DNA of 64,000 bases from the human T2T-CHM13v2.0 reference genome, Homo sapiens. Where the stretch lies: the NCBI RefSeq assembly GCF_009914755.1, contig NC_060938.1; one strand, written 5' to 3'. Numbering within the stretch: position 1 is the stretch's first letter; each line of letters starts with the position of its first letter. Shown here piece by piece: positions 47,387-61,360 of this stretch. Below the pieces are notes generated by a model that was not told where the DNA came from, made no database searches, and saw nothing but the letters and a program-made list of their open reading frames with translations. A program made the translations under genes and the position numbers.

Positions 47387-47880
47387 TATCTGTCAGGATA
47401 CAGTTAGGATAATGAAAACATTCTAGTTCTTTCAAATAAAGGGAATTGAATGTATGGAATTGTCTGCATAGGAGATGAAAGAGATAAGAGGCCAAACAGG
47501 ATGGTTTTGTACCCCAGAATTCTGAAATAGCAGGAAGCCACTAACATCCCTAGGACTGGAAAGAACATGGGGAGGAGGCAGAGTTAAGAGCCCAGAAGCT
47601 GGGGCCATAGAGAGCCAAAACCCAGAGGAAGCTCCCTAATGGGCACTAAAACTACAGAGAAAGGTTTCATCTGACAGGAGCTAGGACAACTGAAGAGACA
47701 CCATTGCTGGCAAAGGTGCTGCCTGAGGCAGAGAGAAATACCCTGGCTTATCTGTCTCTTCCAATTTCCTACCAGTGCCTCTGCTTGACCAAACCCAGGC
47801 AGAAACCACTGACTTGGGCACCTGGGAAAAAGCCTGCAGAATTCAGCCCACTGAAATACAGAACAGAGAAAGGGCCCAAA
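47387..47880 (-). mobile_element. Ancient ERVL-type LTR (LTR33-like)
   Basis: tatctgtcagg...agcaggaagccact...ctgcctgaggcagagagaaata; diverged, family uncertain. Confidence 0.45.
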
Positions 47881-48349
47881 TCCAACTAACCCCCTTAACC
47901 AGTCTCCTTCGCTAGAATCTTTAATTCTTTCTAATCTATTCTCCACTCTGTGCCAGAAAGATCTTTCTTGCTTAAAAACTTAATTAAGTCATTCCTCCTG
48001 CTTAAAACTTGTCAGGGGCTGGCAGTTTCCTGGCAGAAAAAAATAGGACTTATCCACCAGGCTGATTTTGTCAATCAATTGCAAATATAGGAAGTATTGC
48101 TTCCCTTGACTATGACATGTATCGGGTTTGCTCTATAATATGAGATGGGCTCCTATTCAAAGTATTGCTGTAGAACAGAATAGAGACTACTCCTCAAAGC
48201 CATCACGCCTGAAACTGGGAAATAACTAAAGATAACTACTTTTGGATCAGGGCTGTTTGCCATGACCAAGAGGCTAAGGGCTCCAATGAAAACATACCAT
48301 ACAAAAGAACAGGGAGAGCAAGTAAAGGCTATTAAAATCTATTAAAACA

Positions 48350-50970
48350 ACAGGGTAACTAGAGATTGAATTAGCAATCAAACAATGTCTACAAAGAAAA
48401 GCCCAGGGTCAGATGGCTTCCTTGGTGAACTGTACCAAATACTTAAAGAACTACCACCAATTCTTCACAAACTCCTCCAAAAAGCAGAAAAGGAGGGAAC
48501 ACTTCACAACTCATCCTATGACACCAGCGTAACATTGACACTAAAACCAAAGGCATCACAAGAATACCACCAATATCTATTATGAATATAGGTATTAAAA
48601 TCCCCTACAAAATATTAGCATATGGAACCTAGCAATGCATTAAAAAATCATATACCATGACCAAATGGGATTTAATTCAGGAATGCAAGGTTGGTTTAAT
48701 ATATGAAAATCATTCAACGTAAAATGCAATATTTAAAAAATAAAGCACAAAAATTACACGAACAATGCAATAAAAAAATTAGACAGTGTCTAAACCCTAT
48801 AATGATAAAAACACTCAACAAACTAGAAATAGAAAAGAGCTTCTTCAAGTTGATAAAGGCTATCTATGAAAACGCCACTGCTAACATCTTAGTGGTGAAA
48901 AACTGAAAGCTTTCCCCCTAAAATAAGGATGTCCACTCTGGTCATTTCTAATCAACATTGTACTGGAGATACTATCCAGCACAATTAGGCAATACAAAGC
49001 AACAAAGTCATCCAGATTGGAAAGGAAAATGTAAAATTATCTTTATTTGCAAATGCCATGATCTTACATATTTTAAAGCCCTAAAGAATCCACAAAAACA
49101 ATATAATAGCTAATAAATGAGCTCAGCAGGGTTAAAGGATACAAGATTAATAAACAAAAATGAGCTGTATTTCTATACCTTAGTAATGAGCAATCTGAAA
49201 TTTAAAAAATAGTTTCACTTATAATAACATAAAAAAGAACTCTTAGAATAAATTTAACAAAAGGAATGTAAGACTTGAATGCCAAAAAAATCTACAAAAC
49301 ATTTTTGAAAGAAATTAAAGAAGATATCCCATGTTCATGGATTGGAAGACCTGATATTGTTAAGAAAGCAATACTTCCCAAATCAATCTACAGATTCAAC
49401 ACAATCCCTACCAAGAATTATTTCTTACACTAATTTACAACCTGACCCTAAAATTTATATGAAATGTAAGCCAAAAAAATCTTGTAAAAGAAGAACAAAG
49501 TTAGAAAACACACTCCCCAAACTCAAAACTTACTACAAAGCTACAGTAATAAAGACAGTGTGGTACTGGCATAAGCACAGACATACAGACCAGTGGTACA
49601 GACAGAGAGTCCAGAAATAAACACTTACATATATGCTCAACTAATTTTCAACAAGGATGCCAAGACAATTCAATGGAGAAAGAACAGTATTTTCAAAAAA
49701 TTGGGCTGAAACAACTGAAGATCCACATACAAAAAGAATGAAGTTGGATGCTGACCTCACAAAAATATACAAAAATTAACTCAAAATGGATCAGACACCT
49801 AAATTTAAGAGTAAAAACTATAAAACTCATAGAAGAAATCACAAGAGTAAATCTTCATAAACTTGACTAGGCAATGGTTTCTTAGATACAAAACCAAAAC
49901 AACAAAAATAATAAAAGAAAAAAAAATGAACTGGACTTAATCAAAATGAAAAATGTTTGCATTTCAAAGGACATCACTTAGAAAGTGAAAGACAACCCAC
50001 AAAATTGTAGAAAATATTTACAAACCATATATCTGTAAAAGAAATTATATTTAGGATATATAAAGAACTACTACAACTCAATAATGGAAAGACAAATAAC
50101 CCAATTAAAAATGGGCAAAGAATCTGAATAGATATTTCTCCAAAGAAGATATACAAATGGCCAATAAGCACATGAAAAATTGCTTAATACCACTTATCAT
50201 TAGGGAAATGCAAATAAAAACCACAATGAGATACCATTTCATACACTCTAGGATGGCTATAATCAAAAAGACAGATAACAACAAGTGTTGATGAGGATGT
50301 GAAGAAATTAGAACCTTCATGCAGGTGAGCTGCTTTGGAAAACAGCTTGCAGTTCCTCAAAAACTTACACTCAGAGTTACCATGTAATCCAATAATCCCA
50401 CCCCTAAGTATACATCCAAGATAAATGAAAACCCAAAATGTTTTGGATGGGATTATGTTCACCAAAAAACCTGTACACAAATGTTCATAGCAGCATTATT
50501 AATAATAGTCAAATAATAGAAATAACCTGCTGTCCACCAACTGATGAATGGATTAACAAAATATGCAAAATGGTATATCCATACAATGTAATATTCAGTC
50601 ACAAAAAGAAATGACACATGCAGCAACATATAAGGACCTTTAAAACTTTATGCTAAATGAAAAGAAGCCAGATACAAAAAGTCAAGTGCATGATTTCATT
50701 TATACAAAATTTCTAGACTAGGCAAATCTATAGAGACAGGGTATAGATTAGTGGTTGACTAGGGCTATAGAGTTGGGGTGGGGGTTCAGGAAATGGGAAG
50801 TGACTGCTAATGGGTAAAGGTTTCTTTTTTGGAGTAATAAAAATTTTCTGAAATTGATTGTGGTGATGGTTGCACAACTCTGAATATACTAAAACCCACT
50901 GAATTGTACACTTTAAAGGGTTGAATTGTATGGTATATGAGTTATATATCAATAAATCTGTTATTTAAAA
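48350..50970 (+). mobile_element. L1MB-type 3' half (decayed ORF2 + 3' UTR)
   Basis: ORF fragments [47 protein letters not shown] are L1 ORF2p motifs; ends tatatcaataaatctgttatttaaaaa. Confidence 0.92.
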
Positions 50971-51965
50971 AGCTATAAACAGAATTCCGGGAAGATGGTG
51001 GACTATGAAGCACCAGGAATCTATCTTCCCACATAGACAACTATTGTACTGGCACAATCTGTTCAATATAACTATTTTGGAACTCCAGGGTCTCTTGAAG
51101 GCTTACAATTTCCAGGGGAAAGCTTGATGGTAAATTGCAGTTAATTTCAGCTTTTAGCATAGTAGAAGCTGTGAACACATTCCTAGAGAAGCAAATATAA
51201 AGCTTGCAGGAGCTAGGGTGGGCAAAGAGCACCCTGTCCTCCAAATATTGGGTATCTGTGTTCTGATCACTGACTGCTGCTTCTGATCACAGGGGTGCAG
51301 AAAAGAGGCAGTAGCCATTGTTGCTGCACCTCCCTTCATTATTGCAAGCCACCCCACATACACCAACAGAAGTGACATCCAGAGGATTTAAAGGGCCAGT
51401 GCCCTTTCCCCCAGCCTCATTTTTCTCTTTCTCCCTTTTGAGGGCCAGACATTCAAGACTAGAGCATTCAAAGGCAACTACATACATGGGGAAAATTAGA
51501 TGGTTGACCATGCATGCCCATGGAAAGGCACAGACTCAGAGAAGACCTAAGAAGACCTCAAATATATACCCCAGGCTGATCCTTGGCACAAAGACAGCCT
51601 ACAACGTTTTTTTTTTTTTTTAATAAACAAAAACAGCAAACCCTGAGAATGGGGAGAATCCTATTTCCAGAGTTACCACATTATTAGATTCAAATGTCTA
51701 TTTTTCAACAACATCAAAAAAAAATCAGAAGGCACACACACAAAAATGGAAAGAGCAGCCTATTCAGAGGAAAAGTATATATCAACTGAAACTGTCCTTG
51801 AAAAAGACCTGATGGCAGATCTACCAGACAAAGAAACACCCATTTTAAAGATGCTCAAGAGACTAAAGGAAGATGTGGTGAAAGTCAAGAAAATGATGTA
51901 TGAACAAAATTGAAATGTCAAAAAGGACATAGAAAACCTAAAAAGAAGCCAATAAGAAATTCTGG

Positions 51966-52531
51966 ACAGGAGGCCTACGTGCCACCTCTTGTACTGCCGC
52001 CATGTCTCTAGTGATCCCTGAAAAGTTCCAGCATATTTTGTGAGTACTCAACACCATCATCGATGGGCAGTGGAAAACAGCCTTTACCATCCCTGCCATT
52101 AAGGGTGTGGGCCAAAGATATGTTCATGTGGTGTTGAGGAAAGCAGACATTGACTGCACCAAGAGGGCGGGAGAACTCACTGAGGATGAGGTGGAACGTG
52201 TGATCACCATTATGCAGAATCCATGCCAGTACAAGATCCCAGACTGGTTCTTGAACACACAGAAGGATGTAAAGGATGGAAAATATAGCCAGGTCCTAGC
52301 CAATGGTCTGGACAACAAGCTCCATGAAGACCTGGAGCGACTGAAGAAGATTCGGGCCCATAGAGGGCTGTGCCACTCCTGGGGCCTTCATGTCCAAAGT
52401 CAGCACACCAAGACCACTGGCCGCCATGGCCGCACTGTGGGTGTGTCCAAGAAGAAATAAGTCTGTAGGCCTTGTCTGTTAATAAATAGTTTATATACCA
52501 AAAAAAAAAAAAAAAAGAAAGAAAGGAAGAA
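51966..52531 (+). pseudogene. RPS18P: Processed pseudogene of 40S ribosomal protein S18 (uS13)
   Basis: Intronless MSLVIPEKFQHIL*...[14 protein letters not shown]...TVGVSKKK from ATG 52002 to TAA 52460 (459 nt, no indel); TGA at codon 14 (52041-52043); partial 5' UTR; AATAAA 52481; poly-A; TSD aagaaattctgg at 51954-51965 and 52532-52543. Pseudogene number not determined. Confidence 0.97.
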
Positions 52532-52542
52532 AAGAAATTCTG

Positions 52543-52700
52543 GGCTGGGTGCAGTAGCTCACACCTGTAACTGCAGCACTTTGGGAGGCTGAGGCAGGAG
52601 CATCGCTTGAGCCCAGGAGCTCAAGGTTACAGTGAGCTGTGATAGTGCCACAGCGTTCAATCCTGGGTGACAGAGCAAGACCGTGTCTCAATAAAAAATA
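52543..52700 (+). mobile_element. Alu monomer (FAM/FRAM-like)
   Basis: Single arm abutting the RPS18 TSD; followed by gaaattctag. Confidence 0.85.
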
Positions 52701-52825
52701 GAAGTGAAATTCTAGAGCTGAAAAAGTACAATAAGTGAAATGAAAAATTCACTAGAGGGCTTCAAAGGCAAACTTGAGCAGGCAGTAACCTTGAAGACAG
52801 GACAATAGAAATTATTGAGAATAAG

Positions 52826-53184
52826 TGCTATGGTTTGAATGTGTCCCATTAAAAGGATGTACTCAAGACTTAATCCCCATTGCAACAGTGTTGGGAGGTA
52901 GGGCCTAATGAGAGGTGACCATACCATGAAGACAGAGTGAGTGATTAATGCCATTATCTTGGGAGTAGATTCATTATAAGAGAGGAAGTCCAGCCCCCTT
53001 TTCCTTCTTTCTCTCACCCTCTCACCTTCCACCATGGGAAGATAAGGCAAGAAGACACTTGCCAGATGCTAGAACCTTCATATTGGCCTTCCTAGCCTCC
53101 AGGAATGTGAGAAATAAATTCTTTTCTTTATAAGCTACCCAGTTTCTTGTGTTATATGACAGCAGCACAAAAATAACTAAGACA
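52826..53184 (+). mobile_element. MST (C/D-like) MaLR solo LTR
   Basis: TGCTATGGTTTGAATGTGTCCC...gtgagaaataaattc...CTAAGACA. Confidence 0.82.
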
Positions 53185-53661
53185 CTGAAGAACAAACAGA
53201 AAAAAAGATTGAAGAAAAGTGAACAGAGCCTAAGAAACATGTGGAACACCATCAAGAGAACTAACATATGTATTGTGGGAATTATAGAAGGAAAAGAGGG
53301 AGAGAAAGGAGCAGAGAGGATATTTGAAGAAATAGTGACTGAAAACTTTTGAAATTTGGTGAAAGATATTAAGTGAAAAGTACAATTATCATTTATTGTA
53401 CTTTTTCAGCTCCAGAATATAAACATCCAAGAAGCTTAACAAACTCCAAATAAAAGGAACTGAGAAAGACCCATACCAAGGCACATTATAGTAAAACTTT
53501 TGAAGGACAAAGGGAGAATCTTAAAAGCAACAAGAAGCAACTTGTCACATACAAGGGATCCTCAATAAAATTATCAGCAGATTTCTCATCAGAAACATAA
53601 GAGGCCAGATTGCAATAGGCTGATATATTCAAAGTGCTGAAAGAAACAGACTCTTAACCAA

Positions 53662-54050
53662 TGTATTAGTCCATTTTCACACTGCTATAAAGAACTTCCT
53701 TGAGCCTGTGTAATTTATAAAGGAAAGAGGATTAATTGACTCACAGTTCCACATAGCTGGGGAGACCTCAGGAGACTTACAATCATGGTGGAAGGGGATG
53801 CAGCCACCTTCTTTACAAGGCAGTGGGGGAGAGAGAGAGAGAGAGTGAAGGAGAAACTTCCAAACACTTACAAAACCATCAGATCACATGATAACTCACT
53901 CACTTTCAGGAGAACAGCATGGGGAAAACCGTACCCATGAACAAATCACCTCCCTCCCTTGATACATGGGGAATACAGATCCCTCCCTCAACACATGGGT
54001 ATTACAATTTAAAATGAGATCTGAATGGGGACACAGAGCAAACCATATCA
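53662..54050 (-). mobile_element. THE1D/MSTA-type MaLR solo LTR
   Basis: tgtattagtcc...aaaccatatca; perfect 5-bp TSD accaa. Confidence 0.88.
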
Positions 54051-54954
54051 ACCAAGAATCCCATATCTGCCAAAGCTATCCTTCAAAAGTGAGAGATAAA
54101 TTAAGAAATTCCCAAGTAAACACAAAAGCTGAGGAGTTTTTTTACCACTAGAACTGCCCTGCAAGAAATGCTCACAGAAGCCACACAAGGTGAAATGAAA
54201 GGACACTAAGCAATAACTCTAAGCTATATAAAGAACTAAGGATCTCAATAAAAGTGAATACATTAGCAATTATAAAACTAGTATTATTGTAACAATAGTT
54301 TGTAACTCCACTTTTTATTATCTGCATGACTTAAGAGACTAATATATTTTTAAAATTATTACTCAAAAACTAGTATTATTATAACTTTGGCTTGTAATTC
54401 CATGCTTTGTTTCCTATATAATTTAAGAGACAATGCACTTAAAAGAATTATTAGCTTATGTTTTGGGGTATACAATGGGTAAAGATATAATTTTGTGACA
54501 TCGGTAACAGAAAGGGGTGGGGATAGAGCTTTACAGGAATGGAGTCTTTGTATGTTAGTCAAGCTGGTATACATTTAAGTTAGAGTGTTAAACTTTAAGA
54601 TATCAAATGGAATCTTCATGGTAACCACAAAGAAAATAGCTAGCAAATATACACAAAAGGAAATGAGAAATTTAAATATTTCGCTACAAAAAAAATCAAC
54701 TAACAAAAGAAGACAATAATGCAGAAAGCAAGGGATAAAAAAGCTATAAGGCATGTAGAAAATATAGCAAATTACAGAAGTAAGTCCCTTATCAGTACCT
54801 ACTTTAAATGGAAATGGATTAAACTCTCCAATCAAAAGATGGAGATTGACAGAATGGATTTAAAAAACATGATCCAACTATATGCCGTCTACAAGAAACT
54901 CTAGATCCACAGACATAAATACGTTGAAAGTGAAAGAATGGAAAAAGATATTCC

Positions 54955-55250
54955 GACTGGACAAAGTGGCTCACATTTCAGATCCTAGCACTCAGGGAGG
55001 CTGAGGTGGGAGGATTGCTTAAGCCCAGGAATTCAAGACCAGCCTGAGCAACACAGTAAGACTTCATCTCTACAAAATAAAATTTAAAAATTAGCCAGAC
55101 ATGGTGGCATGAGCCTTTAGTCCCAGCTACTCGGGAGGCTGAGGCAAGAGGATCACTTGAACTCAGGAGGTTGAGGCTGCAGTGAGCTGTAATCACACCA
55201 CTGTGCTGCAGCCTGGATGACACAGCGAGACTCTGTCTCAAAACAAACAA
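54955..55250 (+). mobile_element. AluJ
   Basis: TSD aaaaagatattc. Confidence 0.9.
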
Positions 55251-55335
55251 ACAAAAAGATATTCATGCAAATAGTAACCAAGAGAGCAGGGATGGCTATA
55301 CTGATATCCAACAAAATAGACTTTAAATTAAAAAA

Positions 55336-55640
55336 GGCGTTGAGTGTGGTGGCATGCTTCTGTAATCTCAGCTATCCAGGGGGCTGAGGCAGGAGAGTCA
55401 TTTGATACGAGGAGTTTGAGACCATCCTGGGCAACATAGTGAGACCCCATCTCTACAAAAAATAAAAAAATTAGTAGGGGTATGATGGTACACATCTGTA
55501 GTTCCAGCTACTCGGGAGGCTGAAGCAGGAGATCTCTTGAGCCCAGGAGTTCAAAGTTACAGTGAGCTATGATAGCACCACTGCAATCCAGCCTGGGCGA
55601 CAGAATGAGACTCCATCTCTGAAAATAAGTAAACAAATAA
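55336..55640 (+). mobile_element. AluJ-age dimer with atypical left arm
   Basis: Left arm reads gtggcatgc..tgtaatctcagcta..ggctgaggcaggag. Confidence 0.85.
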
Positions 55641-55845
55641 GAGACAAAGAAGGATGTTATATATTAATAAAGAGTCAATACAGTAAGAAGATACAACAGT
55701 TATAAACATTTACACATGTAATTACAGACCATCAAAATACATGAAGCAAAAAATTCACACATTGAATTGAAGGGAGAAACAGAGAATTCTATAATAGTAG
55801 TTGGAAACTTCAATAACCCTCTCTTAAGAATGAATAGAACAACCA

Positions 55846-56219
<374 letters not shown>

Positions 56220-56784
56220 CTACCCAATTTTCTTCTCAAGTATGCATGGGACATTTTCCAGGACAGACCATGTGTTAGGTCACAAATTGAGTCAAAACGT
56301 GGTACATGCACACAATAGAGTATTATTTTGCATGCAGACGAAAGAAAATTCTGACACATGTTACAACATGGATGAACCTTGAGGACATTATGTTAAGTGA
56401 AACGTAAGCCAATCACAAAAAGGCAAATACCACATGACTCCACTTATATGAGCTACCTAGAGTAGGCAAAATCAGACAGACAGAAAGTAGAATGGTGTCT
56501 TCCAGTGGCTGGGGGTGGGAGGGGAATGGGGAGTTATTGTTTCATGAGTTTTTAAAAGGGAAAGAGTTCTGGAGACGGATGGTGGTGACAGTTGCACAGC
56601 AATGTGAAGAATACATTTAATCTCACTGAACTGTGCACTTAAAAATAATGAAGATGGGAAATTTTGTTATACGTGTTTTACCAAAATAAAATAAACTGGG
56701 GAGAAAAGCTATAGAGTATATTTAAAATATAAAAACTGAAATGACCTAGATGTTTCATGGGCAGCTATTACAAAAATATTCATA

Positions 56785-57085
56785 GGCCCGGCACCGTGGC
56801 TCACGTCTGTAATCCCAGCACTTTGAGAGGTCAAGGCGGGAGGCTCGCTTAAGCCCAGGAGTTCAAGACCAGCCTGGGCAACGTCCAAACCCCATCTCTA
56901 CAAAAAATACAAAAATTAACCAGGTGTGGTGGCACATGCCTGTAGCCTCAGCTACTTGTGGGGGCTGAGGCAGGAGGATCTCTTGAGCCTGGTGCAGGGG
57001 ATGGAGGTTGCAGTGAGCTGAGATTGCGCCACTGCACTCCAACCTGGGCGACAAAGCAAGACCCCGTCTCAAAAAAAGAAAAAAA
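56785..57085 (+). mobile_element. Alu (Jb-like)
   Basis: Full dimer. Confidence 0.9.
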
Positions 57086-57321
57086 TCCATAAGGCACACC
57101 ACCGTGCAGCCTTTACAAACTAAGTTTTCAAAAATATTTAATGACGTGGAAAAATAATTGTACACACATACACACACACAGAATGAAAAAAGAATATAAA
57201 ATAGTATATAAAGCATAATCTCAATTGTATATAAAAATAGTAAATACATATAATGCGTGTGTGTGCACGTGTGTGTGTGTAACAGTGGTTAACCAGCTCA
57301 AGTAACAGTATGGTACCTGAC

Positions 57322-57510
57322 TTTATTTATAAATATTTAAAAATAAATATTAAGTATATACATATATATGTATATATTTCTTTATTTTATATATAAATAT
57401 ATATTTATATGTATAAATTTTATATAAATATATAATTATATATATAATTTATGTATATATTTATAATATATATATTATAAATAAAGAAATATATATATAT
57501 TTCTTTATTT
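57322..57510. repeat. AT-rich (TA)n-like tract built of perfect palindromes
   Basis: Palindromes at 57355-57376, 57391-57410, 57458-57483 and 57479-57510. Confidence 0.9.
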
Positions 57511-58126
57511 TCCAAACAGCCTACACTCAATACACAGCTAAAGAATAAATGCTCATTTTTAAATCGAAGGGATTGCATTCAGTGTTGGCTGGAATGGGAG
57601 GAGGCTGGTTCCTCACACTACAGGAAGGAAAGCATACAGGTACCACCGTTCTGCAGGGCAATCTGGAAATACCTCCCTTCAACCCAGAAACTCAATTTCA
57701 GGAAACCTCTCCTAGGGAAATCATTAAGAACAGGCACAGAGACCAGGCTGACAGGGTACTCATCACAGCCTCGTGTATAACAGTGAAAAGCTGAAAACAA
57801 CCTACATGTCCAAAAATAGAGGCTTTAGTTAAATAGATTATACTTCATCCATACTATGAAATGTTATACAGCTGCTTAAATGTTGCAGAAAGTTATATAC
57901 TGTCATGGAAAGTGTTTACGATCTATAGTGAAGTAGAAAAAGCAGGTCACAAAGCAGTATATGTGGTATAATCCCACTTTTATATAAAAAAATTCACACA
58001 TACAGGAGGTGTAGAGAAGATCTGGAAGGAAATGCACTGTAGTGTTAACAGCAACTGCCTTGAGTAGATGGGTAATGGATATCTTTATGTTCTTTTGATT
58101 AGTCATCATTTCTGAATTTTATATAA

Positions 58127-58445
<319 letters not shown>

Positions 58446-60228
58446 TTTAAAAGAACAATAAAATAAAATTGTGGGGGATGAAACAAGAGATCAATACTAG
58501 GGACAGCTAGAAGTATTGCTGGCTAGCTCAGCTAAGGAGCGTGGCAGGCAGGGCCTTCAGGGACAGGAGGGGCAAGGCCATCACAGCCACCTGCTGCTCC
58601 CAGCCTCAGCTGTCCATGAGATCTGACTATTCAAATCCCCTTCCACTGACCTTGGATTTATAAATTCAAAGCATCTTCCCATTTTGTCTTATTTAGTCTT
58701 CTCAGTACTCTTGTGAGAGTATTATTAGCTCTGTTTTGCAGATAAGAAAAGTCAGACTTAAATCACTCACAAATCACAGAACACAATCAAGGCTAAGCAG
58801 GTTATCTCACACCAGAATCGCATCAACCATATCCTCACTCACAATGAGTGATTATGCTCCCACTGACAGGCAGCTCAGTAAAGTGGAAAGAGTATGGATG
58901 CTGGAGTCCACAGGCCTTGCTTTGAATCCCATCTCAACTCTGAAAAGCAGCCTCTTAACCCCTCCGCAGGGAACGATAATACTAGGGTCCGGGATTGTTC
59001 TCAGGATAAGCACAATCACGCAGGTAAATCACCACGCACCATGCCAGACTCTCCATCAGCGCTCAATAAATGCTCAGGCACAGGGAACCCCTGCCTCTCC
59101 ATGCAGCTGAGCTCTCTGGCAGCTGTGAGGTTAGAAATTGGCTTCTGTAAATGGGACTAACACTGAACTTCATGCAGTTTCCAGTGCCCGGCTCTGGTCC
59201 TGTCCCTGAGGCCAAAACAGACCGAGTCTTTCTTCCTCCAAGAGCCCTCCACACAGGTGAGGCCTGCTCCTCCACCCCTGGAGGCTGCTCTTCCCCCAAA
59301 AAGCCCCATTCCTTCAGTGTTGATCGGCCTCACACGGTCTGGTCCCAAGGTCACCTCTAGTCCACAGTGACCCTCTCACAGAGCAGTCACCTGGCTGCTC
59401 CCTGATTTTCCCTTCTCTTCTTCCCTGCAGGGGCCACCTCAAAGAAAAAAATAAAGAGCCCTGGACCTATATGATGAAAGGCTTCTATTCAGAGGAGCCA
59501 CTGCTGTGGACGTCTGTCATGGACACTGGACACTGCCCTACCTCTGATCCCCCTAATGGGACCAGCCCCTCTTCACCATGGTCACTGGATCAAGGATGAG
59601 AATGTGATCCAGTTGGGGCCAATAAGACACAACAAGAACCCGACCGAGATGTCTGAGGATCACACCCAGGACAATGACAGTCTGTAGCCGCTCCGCTCAC
59701 CTGGGGCCTGAGATGGAAAGCAACAAGAGGGGAGGGGAAACAGAGAGGAAGAATCCATGTCTTTGAGCCCTGAAGCCAGCTGCCACTGAAGTCAGTTTAA
59801 ACTGGGTTTTCTTTCACCTACAGCTGAAAAGGCCCTAATGCACAGATTTTGGCAGAAACTAGAAAATGGATCTGCAGCATGGCTTGGGCGGTCAGCGCTG
59901 CATACACCGTTTACCCCTCTGCATATGCCTAAGGCAGGAGCTTAGGCCCTGCCCTCAGAAAGCCCTGTGGGATGGAGTTGTCGAGGCTGACTTGGATTTG
60001 CACTGCCCCCTCCACCCCCTCTGTGAACAGAGCACACCTGCTCACTCCATCTGCCTGCCAAGCATCTGGCTGGAGCTGGGCAGAAGGGATGATGTGGGTA
60101 GCTTCTCCAGCTGCCCCTGACTTCTAGGTACTCCCCATCCTCCAACATCAGCAACAACTTTCCCTTCCCTAAGCCGCACTCCAGGCCTCTGATCTTCATG
60201 TGATCTTCCCCTAAAGAGTCCCCCGCTA

Positions 60229-60528
<300 letters not shown>

Positions 60529-60729
60529 ATTCTCCCCGTAAATGTAGGGATCCCAGGTCCCACTTCCTGATGGTCAAACCCTCTGCCTGACAAAGCAGAT
60601 CCACTAAGGCACCAATGTATTCATGGAAAAAAGCCGGCCTCTCCCCTCTCCCCATAACCAGATGTTGTTACCTGGGGCATCTGAAGAGGCCAATCATTTG
60701 TGGTCAAACCCAAGGGATACATAAGAATA

Positions 60730-60960
60730 AAAATAACACATTTGTTGATCTGCCGGGCATTGTGCTAAGTGCTTTACATGTATTCACCCATTCCCTGCAC
60801 AACCCTGTAAGGTAGATATTATTATTATCTCCATTTACAGATGAGAAAACAGACCCAGTGGGGTGAAAATAATTTGCCCAAGACCCTTTAGCTAGTAAGT
60901 GACAAAGCCAGAGGTCAAACCTGGACAGCCTGACCCCAAGCTTCATGCCCTTAACCACTG
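60730..60960 (-). mobile_element. MIR
   Basis: gtgctaagtgctttacatg...attattatctccatttacagatgagaaaac...ttgcccaagac. Confidence 0.85.
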
Positions 60961-61360
60961 CATGGAAGAGCAATTTCCACCCCAGCAGCAGGGAGGAATG
61001 GAGAAGGTAAAGGAGCTCTGTAAACCGCCCGACATGGTGCTTTACACCTGGGCACCTCCTCCTGGGCACAGGAGGAGCCCAGCTCCTCCACCTGGGCACA
61101 GAGGTTACTCAGCTTGACGGAAAAATTTCCTGCCAAGAAACATCCCCACATCTTGGTCCTGGATTGTGTGACATAGGGCAAGTCCCTTCTCCTCTCTGGC
61201 ACAGTCTCCCCTACTGGGAAATAAAATGTCTGCATGGGAGATGACTGTGCTGGTGGGAGATGACCGTGCTGGCCCCATTTGCTCTTCAGAGCCAGTCCTC
61301 TGCTTTGGTGCCATGCAATCTGGAAAAGAAGTTAATTCCCCTGCTGTTTCCAGGCCCCAT

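Noticed and set aside
48385-49620. Reverse-transcriptase-like ORF fragments
   Set aside because: Frameshifted remnants of an old L1 ORF2; not an active element or a novel RT system.
52107-52460. 117-aa RPS18-like ORF as a functional CDS
   Set aside because: Starts at an internal GTG after the codon-14 stop; first ATG is Met71 (52212); many conserved Arg residues are lost.
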